Origin: a virus
Lineage: Duplodnaviria; Caudoviricetes
Direction: 5' to 3' (one strand)
Virus record (IMG/VR): IMGVR_UViG_3300025356_000001
Coordinates: 1-44,914 of that record
DNA length: 44,914 nt
The notes beneath the pieces were generated by a model, which did not search any database, was not told the DNA's origin, and saw nothing but the letters and a program-made list of their open reading frames with translations. Of the stretch, positions 9,343 to 16,984 are shown piece after piece. Position numbers and translations under genes: made by a program. The number at the start of each line of letters is the position of its first letter. Within the stretch, counting starts at the first letter, position 1.

Positions 9343-10134
9343 ATGTCTCAAGTATCAAGTTTTGGGTTTTTCCCGTTTTGCGCCGTCGTTCCTGATATTC
9401 CGTCTTTTGGGCCTGGAACTGAATTCCCTATTGGTTTAACTTTTGAAGAATTATTTTATCTTTATTGGAAAGTTAAAACAATTAAATTTGAAACATCTGA
9501 AAATTTATCTGTTTCTAATTCTGTATATAATGAAATAGTATTACCGCCGCCATTCCCAGATGCTAACATTTATGACCCAACTGATTTGTCTGGTGGATAT
9601 TCAAAATCTTCTTCATTTGATCGGCAATCAACCAGCAATGAAGCTGGATTAGTTTGCCCTAAACCATTTACCTACTCTTTCACAGATGATCTTTCAGCGA
9701 CTTCCATCACAATATCTTTTGACCAAGTGTATGTTGTGAAGGGAACTCCAGATTTATATTATATTCCCATTGTTGTTTCTTCAGCTTTCCATGCCTCTTT
9801 TGGAGGAGATTTAAGCGGATTAGATCAGATAAATAGATTATTGAGTTTTGCTACTTGGCCTAATATCAATTACGTTGATGGTGGTGGATCATGCTCTATT
9901 GATTTATTTGGAACCGGCCCAAAGACTATTACCATGGGATTAACTGGAATTAATTTGTATCAAACAAATCAACCATATACGGGATATTTTACATACAAGC
10001 CAGACAAGCCTTTCTTCTATATCAATGGAGATGATGCAAACCCTCCATTCACAGAAAAGGCTTACTCTTTTGATGCAACTGCTACGACAAGCCTTTCAAT
10101 CACAGTTGATGCAACTTGGCCCTATAATCCTTGA
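9343..10134 (+). CDS. Hypothetical virion-associated protein, AT-rich gene
   Basis: 263-aa ORF coupled by TAA-t-ATG; visibly more AT-rich than its neighbours. Confidence 0.6.
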   Translation: MSQVSSFGFFPFCAVVPDIPSFGPGTEFPIGLTFEELFYLYWKVKTIKFETSENLSVSNSVYNEIVLPPPFPDANIYDPTDLSGGYSKSSSFDRQSTSNEAGLVCPKPFTYSFTDDLSATSITISFDQVYVVKGTPDLYYIPIVVSSAFHASFGGDLSGLDQINRLLSFATWPNINYVDGGGSCSIDLFGTGPKTITMGLTGINLYQTNQPYTGYFTYKPDKPFFYINGDDANPPFTEKAYSFDATATTSLSITVDATWPYNP

Positions 10135-10174
10135 CCTAAAACTTGACTAGAAGTAGTCTCACGACATTGAAAAT

Positions 10175-11152
10175 ATGATCGTAGCTATCTCATACCACCA
10201 AGGAGACCAGCCTCTTATGGTTCGCTGGGCAAACAGGGTAAAGCAATTTGGCCCTTATCTCAACCATGAGATCATCGTGTCTCCTTGCCACGGAGCAAAC
10301 ACGGACAAGATCCTACTCCCTCTTCAGAACTGCTTCCGCAAGGTTCATGTGGTTCCCTCTGGTCATACTGAAAAGGGATGGCCCATATCTTGCAATCGCG
10401 CATTCCAAAACATCTGCTGGCATTCCATGCTGACCACCCGTCAGCCATTCCTCTTCATGGAGCCTGACGCAGTTCCTCTTTGCGAGGGATGGATTGATCA
10501 GATTGAGGAGGAGTATCGGAATTGCGGTCGCCCATTCATGGGAGACTTTGTGGATCTGACTTCTTCTGACGTAGAGGGTATTGATCATATGAGTGGCATT
10601 GCCGTGTATGATTGGAATCTATCCATCACCGCTCCTCGACTCTTTAACTGCAACAATGGAAAGGAAGAGTTTGCTTGGGATATCTTCGCCGCCTCCGACA
10701 TTCTGCCCAAGATGCACCGCACCAATCTCATCCAGCACGATTGGAACAGATATAGGAAGCAAGCTGTGGATGCCTCTTGCGTGAGGCCAGGGGCGGTAAT
10801 CTATCACCCAGACAAGCAGGGCGTTTTACTCAATGATGGTCTTGCTGGCCCTTTGAATAGTGTGCAGGGAGAGCCTGCAACGGGTGCGCCTGCGAGCGTT
10901 TCCTCATTTAAACACGAAGGGTCAGCCTCAATTTCCAATGAAGAAAAACCGCAAATACAATCTGAAGAAGCCCCGCAAGATCAACAAGCCATCCTCATTG
11001 AGCGGTTCAATTCAATCCTTATCTCCGCAGGAAGTGACTCAAGACTCAAGCGACAAGTCAAGCAGTCCCTCATCCAAAGCGGATGGATCAAAGCCCCCAA
11101 AAAAGGAAAGCGTACTGGAAAAAAAGTTTCGACTCCTGTGGGGGTTGCTTAA
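10175..11152 (+). CDS. Glycosyltransferase-like (GT-A-like) protein
   Basis: N-terminal strand MIVAISYH, GWP..CN, FLFMEPDAVP (DxD-equivalent), HMSGIAVY, WD, IYHPDK; C-terminal ~90 aa low-complexity. Confidence 0.55.
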   Translation: MIVAISYHQGDQPLMVRWANRVKQFGPYLNHEIIVSPCHGANTDKILLPLQNCFRKVHVVPSGHTEKGWPISCNRAFQNICWHSMLTTRQPFLFMEPDAVPLCEGWIDQIEEEYRNCGRPFMGDFVDLTSSDVEGIDHMSGIAVYDWNLSITAPRLFNCNNGKEEFAWDIFAASDILPKMHRTNLIQHDWNRYRKQAVDASCVRPGAVIYHPDKQGVLLNDGLAGPLNSVQGEPATGAPASVSSFKHEGSASISNEEKPQIQSEEAPQDQQAILIERFNSILISAGSDSRLKRQVKQSLIQSGWIKAPKKGKRTGKKVSTPVGVA

Positions 11153-11429
11153 CGGGCCAGAGCTAGTTCAAGAGCATCGCTTCCATCCAGTCCGTAAATG
11201 GCGGTTTGACTTTGCTCATCTTGAGTCCAAGGTGGCAGTTGAACTGCAAGGAGGTATTTGGAGTGGGGGAAGGCATGGTCGCGGCTACGGAATCGTGGGA
11301 GACTATGAGAAGCTGAATGAGGCGCAGTTCTGTGGGTGGAACGTGATTCAGCTTTCTGCAAAACAAATCACGCTAGAGAACGTGGAGAAGATTCATGGAT
11401 TGATTAAGAGTAGATCATTGACAGAATAG
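10938..11429 (+). CDS. Vsr/DUF559-like PD-(D/E)XK endonuclease
   Basis: EHRFHPVRKWRFDFA...VAVELQGG...GRH...D.EK.N.A...GW motif set; start uncertain, overlaps the GT gene in +1 frame. Confidence 0.8.
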   Translation: MKKNRKYNLKKPRKINKPSSLSGSIQSLSPQEVTQDSSDKSSSPSSKADGSKPPKKESVLEKKFRLLWGLLNGPELVQEHRFHPVRKWRFDFAHLESKVAVELQGGIWSGGRHGRGYGIVGDYEKLNEAQFCGWNVIQLSAKQITLENVEKIHGLIKSRSLTE

Positions 11430-11445
11430 ATCATTGATGCAATCT
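11418..11445 (+). promoter_or_regulatory. Putative sigma70-like promoter, probably leaderless, for the HNH gene
   Basis: TTGACA-N16-CAATCT-N7-ATG(11453). Confidence 0.5.
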
Positions 11446-11452
11446 TGTAGGC

Positions 11453-12076
11453 ATGGAAAAGAAATACAAGCGCGGTGATGTGAGAGAAGATGGCATGGTG
11501 TTTCGTAACTATACCTGCCGTGGAGAAGAGTGGTGGGTAACTCCAGAAGCCTTTGCGGAGTTTAAGGAAGCCGATAAAAGGAGAGCAAGGGAATACAAGG
11601 CTCGTCATCCAGACAGGGTTAAACAAACCATCAAGAATTGGAATCTTAAAAACCCTGGCAGAACAGCACAACTTGCAAAGGAGTGGAGACAGAAAAATAA
11701 AGAATATGTGAATTCTGTTTCTAGAGATTGGAAGAAAAAGAATCCAGAAAAAGTAAAAGAAATGATTCAGAATAGGATCACAAAAGATAAAGAGTCTTGG
11801 CTTGTTGAAAGAAGAATGGCTAGAGCAAAGAGGCGAGCATTGTTAAAAGAGCGATTACATCCAGAACATAATTTTGAGATAGAAAAAATTTTGTCTCAAC
11901 AATGCAAAAGACTTTATAATAGGTTTGGTATTAAGTTTGAAGTAGATCATATTGTTCCTTTGGATAAAGGAGGATGGCATCATCATTTAAATTTACACGT
12001 TATTCCAATGGTATGGAACAGAAGGAAACACACTAAAGATACAAGCATACTTCCAGATTGTTGGACAGAAAGATAA
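11453..12076 (+). CDS. HNH endonuclease (homing-type)
   Basis: EVDHIVPL..GG.H...NL.VIP..WNRRK; N-terminal KRGDVREDG and basic W-K-x-N-P repeats; AT-rich. Confidence 0.9.
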   Translation: MEKKYKRGDVREDGMVFRNYTCRGEEWWVTPEAFAEFKEADKRRAREYKARHPDRVKQTIKNWNLKNPGRTAQLAKEWRQKNKEYVNSVSRDWKKKNPEKVKEMIQNRITKDKESWLVERRMARAKRRALLKERLHPEHNFEIEKILSQQCKRLYNRFGIKFEVDHIVPLDKGGWHHHLNLHVIPMVWNRRKHTKDTSILPDCWTER

Positions 12077-12085
12077 AATATATCA

Positions 12086-12114
12086 TTGACAGCGGCGTTT
12101 AGTTGATAGTAATT
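12086..12114 (+). promoter_or_regulatory. Putative promoter for the capsid gene
   Basis: TTGACA-N17-GTAATT; the same spacing and hexamer recur at 44594-44622. Confidence 0.45.
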
Positions 12115-12128
12115 ACCAATTTAGCGCA

Positions 12129-12236
12129 ACGGGCATAGTCCGTGTGGGTAGGCGCGACCCCACAAGAATCCGGCGTTAAAATCCAAGGTGTCGCTGGTCT
12201 TGGAAAAAAGACAGAAAGGAGCATTCTGCTCTTTTC
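12129..12236 (+). ncRNA. Structured 5' leader of the capsid gene (four hairpins)
   Basis: ACGGGC/GTCCGT, TGTGGG/CCCACA, TCCAAGG/TCTTGGA and GAAAGGAGCA/TGCTCTTTTC stems, with G-U pairs on the + strand. Confidence 0.45.
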
Positions 12237-12260
12237 ACAAACCACATTATTTTAGTAAAT

Positions 12261-13505
12261 ATGTCCTCAACTATCTCATGTTCAACAGTTAATGATATCT
12301 TTGAAAGGGAAACGAATAGATTCAACGTCGACATCTACGAGCGTTACTCAGTTGACGGCCCTTGGGGTCGCCTCGTCCGTGTTGGCAAGTTCCCCCTCGG
12401 AATGGGTACGACCCTGACGGAAGTCACGGTTGAGCGCGTTCTCTCTGGTAACTTCGAAAACACCTGGTCGAACGTCTCTACTTCGTCTGGCCTCGGCAAT
12501 CCTAACAATGTTACTGGTTGCAATCCTGTTCCTAACAGCCTCGCGTTTGGTCAGACCCTTCGCACTTGGCAGTTGCAGACCCAGAGCTATCAGACTCCTT
12601 GCATCTGCTTGGACGATCTGAAGACTGCGTTCCAGATTGAGGCTCAGGTTGGCAAGACTGTCGATCAGCTTACCCAGTTGACCAAGACCGTCCTTGATAA
12701 CCGCCGCCGCGCAGAGTTCCTCCGTATCGCTGGCAAGCTCGTTGCTGGTGATGTGAGCCAGACTGTTTATCAGTCCGCTACCATCAACGGCACGACCGTT
12801 CCTAACGCTCTGTACAACAGCGCGACTGGCAACGCAATCCCAGCTCCTACCGCCAAGCTCTCGCAGGATCTCCTTGATGTTCTGCGTGTTCAGCTTATCC
12901 GCGATGGTGCTGGTCACAATGCCCTCGGTAAGGAGAATGGCGTTCCCGTCCTCGGTCTGATCACCAGCCCTGAGACGAGCCGCGATCTGCTCCGTAACAA
13001 CGCTGATCTCCGTCAGGACATCCGCTATGCCACCCCTAGCGAGCTTATCGCTCCTCTCGGTGTCGAGCGTTCGTTCGCTGGGTTCTACCACATGATTGAT
13101 CTGGAGCTTCCCCGCTTCACGTTCAGCGGCAACAACTGGCAACAGGTTTATCCCTACATCCAGTCTGCCACCTCTAACGGCTACACTTGGGAGGTTAACC
13201 CCGCCTATAACGTCGCCCCCTACGAGGTTTCGTACATCTTCCACCCCGATGTGTACGAGGAGAGCGTTCAGCAGGTTGGCCCGAACATCCCTGGTGCGCC
13301 GTTTGATGACTATCCGTACTACTACAGCGGACAGTTCTTCTGGCTCAACATCCGTGATGCCGTGAACAACCCGCTCGGTAAGATCGGTCGCTGGCTGGCA
13401 ATCTTCCAGTCTGGTAGCCGCCCGATTGCTCCTTATCTCGGTCGCGCTGTGATCCACAAGCGTTGCCCGTATGATCTGAGCTTCGCTGGTTGCTCTTACT
13501 CCTAA
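12261..13505 (+). CDS. Major capsid protein (probable)
   Basis: 414 aa; strong C/T third-position codon bias (high expression) giving a long antisense shadow ORF; own promoter, leader and strong terminator. Confidence 0.8.
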   Translation: MSSTISCSTVNDIFERETNRFNVDIYERYSVDGPWGRLVRVGKFPLGMGTTLTEVTVERVLSGNFENTWSNVSTSSGLGNPNNVTGCNPVPNSLAFGQTLRTWQLQTQSYQTPCICLDDLKTAFQIEAQVGKTVDQLTQLTKTVLDNRRRAEFLRIAGKLVAGDVSQTVYQSATINGTTVPNALYNSATGNAIPAPTAKLSQDLLDVLRVQLIRDGAGHNALGKENGVPVLGLITSPETSRDLLRNNADLRQDIRYATPSELIAPLGVERSFAGFYHMIDLELPRFTFSGNNWQQVYPYIQSATSNGYTWEVNPAYNVAPYEVSYIFHPDVYEESVQQVGPNIPGAPFDDYPYYYSGQFFWLNIRDAVNNPLGKIGRWLAIFQSGSRPIAPYLGRAVIHKRCPYDLSFAGCSYS

Positions 13506-13526
13506 TAGAGTAGCCTGACTCAAAGG

Positions 13527-13564
13527 AAGCCCCATCAGAGAAATCTGGTGGGGCTTTTCTTTTT
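13527..13564 (+). terminator. Rho-independent terminator
   Basis: AAGCCCCATCAGA-GAAA-TCTGGTGGGGCTT followed by a T-rich tract. Confidence 0.9.
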
Positions 13565-13567
13565 CAG

Positions 13568-13597
13568 TTGACTGAATTATCTAAAAAAATCAATACT
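13568..13597 (+). promoter_or_regulatory. Putative leaderless promoter
   Basis: TTGACT-N18-AATACT-N7-ATG(13605). Confidence 0.5.
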
Positions 13598-13604
13598 GAA
13601 GATT

Positions 13605-13940
13605 ATGCCAGCCGCCGCCGTTTTTAATATTAGAATTGACCAAAATTCTGATTTTTTGGGGACTGCTTCTATTGAAGAGGATATATCATATTGCAATCTT
13701 TATTCCCAGATTCGTGAGTCTGGAGTTTCGCCTATACTTGCATCATTCCACACTCAAATTACAGATGGGCCAAATGGAGGATTCCAATTCTCTCTTACTG
13801 CCGCACAAACGCTTGCTCTTCCCGTAACCACTAGTAATTACCCTTTATACTATGATATTCTTCTTGTGCGTCCGAATGGCACAAAAACAAGGGTGATTAT
13901 GGGGTCGGTAACTGTTACTCAAGAAATTACAAGAATTTGA
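13605..13940 (+). CDS. Small fibre-anchoring/adaptor protein (BppU-N-like)
   Basis: F.I.IDQ..DF...SQIR...G.F.FSLTAAQT.AL....YYDILL....G..TRV..G.VTV pattern common upstream of fibre genes. Confidence 0.65.
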   Translation: MPAAAVFNIRIDQNSDFLGTASIEEDISYCNLYSQIRESGVSPILASFHTQITDGPNGGFQFSLTAAQTLALPVTTSNYPLYYDILLVRPNGTKTRVIMGSVTVTQEITRI

Positions 13941-13941
13941 T

Positions 13942-15924
13942 ATGTCTGATATTGATCTGACAACAAGAGTAGAATATCTGCAAGGAGCGCAAGGGGAATC
14001 TGGATATGTAATGTTATCTGGTCATGGCGCACCAGCGGCCTCATTGGGTGCTGTAGGTAATTTCTATATCAATACTGATACAAATGAAACATACGGCCCC
14101 AAAACTGCGGAAGGGTGGGGTTCTGCATCTGCCAATGTTCAGATTGGACTTCAAGGCGCACAAGGGCCGCGAGGATTGCAGGGGCCACAGGGCTTACAAG
14201 GGCCACCTATGGATCTGTGCCATCAGCCAGATACTTGCAACTTCGGAACAGCAGATTGTAATGCACCCTTGGCAGTAAGTATTGACCAAAGAACTTCAAG
14301 GCATCTACAAGCATTATTCGATAATTTTAGTGCTTGTAATGTTAATATTCCTACTATAGACCAATGCGCTCACCCACACATTAACGACACGCTTGCTTCA
14401 TTTAACGCATTTTTTACAAGGTTGCTTGATTTATTGAACTGCTCTAATCAAGGCTCATCTTGTAAATTTTCTGAAGCAGTAGAAAGAAAAATAAACAAAT
14501 ACATATCCAAAATTATTTATCGTGCATACTGCGGGGGTAATGGTAGCCTTGATCCCAATAGCAATAATTATGGAACAAGTGATACTGCAAGCCTTGAGTG
14601 TATTGGAGACCACACATTGCTTGAATCATTGGCAGAAGAATTAAAAACATTCATACAAGAAGAAGCTGTTCTTAAAGGTATCAGAAATGCTAGTGCAACA
14701 GTTAAGGGAGTAATAAATGGAATATGCTCTGGTTCTTTTGATGCAAATTCAATATCTAATTCAACATTAGGTTTACCATCAGGCTCTAGTTGCTTAACTT
14801 CCGATCAAATATCAGAGATTGTTTCCATTGGTGGTGATTTGTTTAGCACACTTCAAACATATTCTACAAACTTAAAAGCCGTTCTTACTGGCGGTGCTGA
14901 TTGCGGTTCTATACACGCATTTATTGGTGAGGTTTTGGGTTCTGGATTTGAAATTTCTGGAGGAGGTTGCACAGTTAAATTAAATAACCGATATTTTGAA
15001 ATTGAAGCGAATGGTTGCAATGCGTATATCGGATTAGATAAAATTGAATTAAATTGTGAGGGGAATCAGTTGCTTGCTGATTTTTCTGGTATTGTTTTAA
15101 CTCTTTCATCTGGAGCATTTATTTCATTAAAGCCAGAAGGAGTTGAGGTGGATGATGGACAAGGGAATTTCATCAAGGCATATCCATCTAGCATTACTAT
15201 TCAAAATGATGCTGGAACCAATGTTGTTGTTTCCCCAACAAGCATTAAAGCCACATCTTCTGATGGAGGAAGTGCAGAAATTAATTCGCAAGGTCATGTG
15301 GCACTTTCTACTACTGGTGAAAACTCAATAGAGTTTAATGACGATAATCTCAAGATAGTAAATAACAATTCTGAAATTACTATCAATTCAGAAGAAGTTA
15401 AAATAGATTCTACGCATCCTATTAACATAAAAAGCGATGAATTAAATATTGATGCTGGATCAACAAAAATTGAAGTAAAATCCGCTGATGGCGTTTCTGT
15501 TAAAAAAGGAGGAACAACTGCCACAATTGATTCAGATGGCGTTTCTGTTAAAAAAGAAACAATAAATACATCTATTGGTGGAGAAGGACTTAAATATAAA
15601 GATACTTCAATAGATACAACAATAACGCTGGATCATACTGGCTTATCTTCTTCTACGCCTGTTGGTTATGTTTATTTAACTACGAATCCAATAGAGGATC
15701 GCCCGACTATTGGGATGACCCTTATAGATCAACAAGGGGATAAATGTGATGTTTTCCCGCAGACTATCACCATGAAAGATGGCGATAGTGGGGAGACTAT
15801 GGTTCTTGATGTTCCTAAAAAAGGAGGGGATGGAGATCGGGTGAGCGCAAAATGGCGTGAAATTGCTGTGTGCGTCGATGGAGTTGCCAAACACGCTATG
15901 GTTTTGATGTCTGAACCATATTGA
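13942..15924 (+). CDS. Fibre/spike protein with collagen-like repeat, Cys-rich middle and beta-repeat C-terminus
   Basis: G.GAP...G..G.FYINT....YGPK....W motif, GLQGAQGPRGLQGPQGLQGPP, many Cys, short beta-strand repeats. Confidence 0.7.
   Translation: MSDIDLTTRVEYLQGAQGESGYVMLSGHGAPAASLGAVGNFYINTDTNETYGPKTAEGWGSASANVQIGLQGAQGPRGLQGPQGLQGPPMDLCHQPDTCNFGTADCNAPLAVSIDQRTSRHLQALFDNFSACNVNIPTIDQCAHPHINDTLASFNAFFTRLLDLLNCSNQGSSCKFSEAVERKINKYISKIIYRAYCGGNGSLDPNSNNYGTSDTASLECIGDHTLLESLAEELKTFIQEEAVLKGIRNASATVKGVINGICSGSFDANSISNSTLGLPSGSSCLTSDQISEIVSIGGDLFSTLQTYSTNLKAVLTGGADCGSIHAFIGEVLGSGFEISGGGCTVKLNNRYFEIEANGCNAYIGLDKIELNCEGNQLLADFSGIVLTLSSGAFISLKPEGVEVDDGQGNFIKAYPSSITIQNDAGTNVVVSPTSIKATSSDGGSAEINSQGHVALSTTGENSIEFNDDNLKIVNNNSEITINSEEVKIDSTHPINIKSDELNIDAGSTKIEVKSADGVSVKKGGTTATIDSDGVSVKKETINTSIGGEGLKYKDTSIDTTITLDHTGLSSSTPVGYVYLTTNPIEDRPTIGMTLIDQQGDKCDVFPQTITMKDGDSGETMVLDVPKKGGDGDRVSAKWREIAVCVDGVAKHAMVLMSEPY
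15487..15556 (+). repeat. 22-bp direct repeat inside the fibre gene (DGVSVKK twice)
   Basis: GATGGCGTTTCTGTTAAAAAAG at 15487-15508 and 15535-15556. Confidence 0.85.
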
Positions 15925-15930
15925 TTCCTA

Positions 15931-15959
15931 TTGACACAAAAATTAAAAAAAATAATACT
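15931..15959 (+). promoter_or_regulatory. Putative leaderless promoter
   Basis: TTGACA-N17-AATACT-N7-ATG(15967). Confidence 0.55.
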
Positions 15960-15966
15960 ACGCATT

Positions 15967-16260
15967 ATGGCACTTTCTTTTTCCATTCCCAAAGATTATA
16001 ATGTTCCATCTGGCGTTAAGGAGGGCGTAGAGTTCTCTGACATCGCCACCTTTAAGTTTGAAGGCAACGAAATGATGCTTCTCACTATCGGTGAGGACAA
16101 GACTCCTGTGCTGTCCCGCGATGTTAAGGATGAGAAGCAGAAGCCCAAGGGAGCTAAAGCCGCCGTCAAGGAACAGCTTGCCGCTATGGAGGACAAGAAG
16201 GGTTCTGCGGAGATGGAAGATTCTGGAGAACAATACGCAGAGGGTGGCGAGGAGGAGTAA
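15967..16260 (+). CDS. Hypothetical acidic protein (97 aa)
   Basis: Start at ATG 15967 (MALSFSIPKD); the TTG start in the track is the -35 box. Confidence 0.75.
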   Translation: MALSFSIPKDYNVPSGVKEGVEFSDIATFKFEGNEMMLLTIGEDKTPVLSRDVKDEKQKPKGAKAAVKEQLAAMEDKKGSAEMEDSGEQYAEGGEEE

Positions 16261-16263
16261 TCC

Positions 16264-16707
16264 GTGTCTGGCTACGACTTCTATCAGCCAGTAGTAGCCA
16301 ACCCCAATGATGGGGAGAATATTACTCTGTGCAAGATCCTTGATGGTATTGCGGCATTAAGTCCTACGGTAAACAACAATCTTTTACCATATACAAGGGT
16401 TAGCACGGCAAGCACGAATGCCACTAATGTTAAAGCATCTGGTGGCAAGGTGTATAACTTTATTGCTACCAATATTGCCAATCAAACTAGGTATGTGAAG
16501 TTCTATGATAAGGCTACCACGCCAAATCCTGCTTCTGATTCGCCAGATTATATTATCCCCCTCCAGAATGGACAGACCATCACTCTAGCCCTTGGAGTTA
16601 GTCCTTTTATTTTTCATAATGGAATCAGCTTTGCAATAGTAACATCTGCAACTAATGATGGAGCAGTTGGAGCAGGAGATGTGGTGTTGAGCTTTAGTTG
16701 GGCATAA
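16264..16707 (+). CDS. Probable virion decoration/fibre protein
   Basis: ASTNAT.VKAS.G.VY...N....RYVKFYDKAT.P jelly-roll-like domain; N-terminus shared with 16748..16984. Confidence 0.65.
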   Translation: MSGYDFYQPVVANPNDGENITLCKILDGIAALSPTVNNNLLPYTRVSTASTNATNVKASGGKVYNFIATNIANQTRYVKFYDKATTPNPASDSPDYIIPLQNGQTITLALGVSPFIFHNGISFAIVTSATNDGAVGAGDVVLSFSWA

Positions 16708-16747
16708 ATCCATTGCGTGAAATAATAATCCACAATATACAAACAAT

Positions 16748-16984
16748 ATGAGCTTTCCTTCTGTTTATAATCCGTCTGTTTCAAATCCAGCAGATCAAGA
16801 GAATATCTCTCTTGCCAAGATCCTTGATGTCGTTAGTGGCGTGGGATATGACTACGAGCTTTCTAATTTTGTTGCCGCTGACAAGCCTGGGACTGTGGTG
16901 ATCAAGAATGGAGGCGAGGTTCTCAAAACCCTCACGCTCTCCTACGACGGATCGAACAACCTCACTTCCATCGTCCGTAGCTAA
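16748..16984 (+). CDS. Small virion protein
   Basis: N-terminal motif shared with the 16264 ORF; C-terminal KTLTLSYDGSNNLTSIVRS typical of small fibre-associated proteins. Confidence 0.65.
   Translation: MSFPSVYNPSVSNPADQENISLAKILDVVSGVGYDYELSNFVAADKPGTVVIKNGGEVLKTLTLSYDGSNNLTSIVRS

Noticed and set aside
12348-13535. 395-aa antisense ORF over the capsid gene
   Set aside because: Shadow of the strong codon bias of the capsid gene; no start signals or protein-like motifs.
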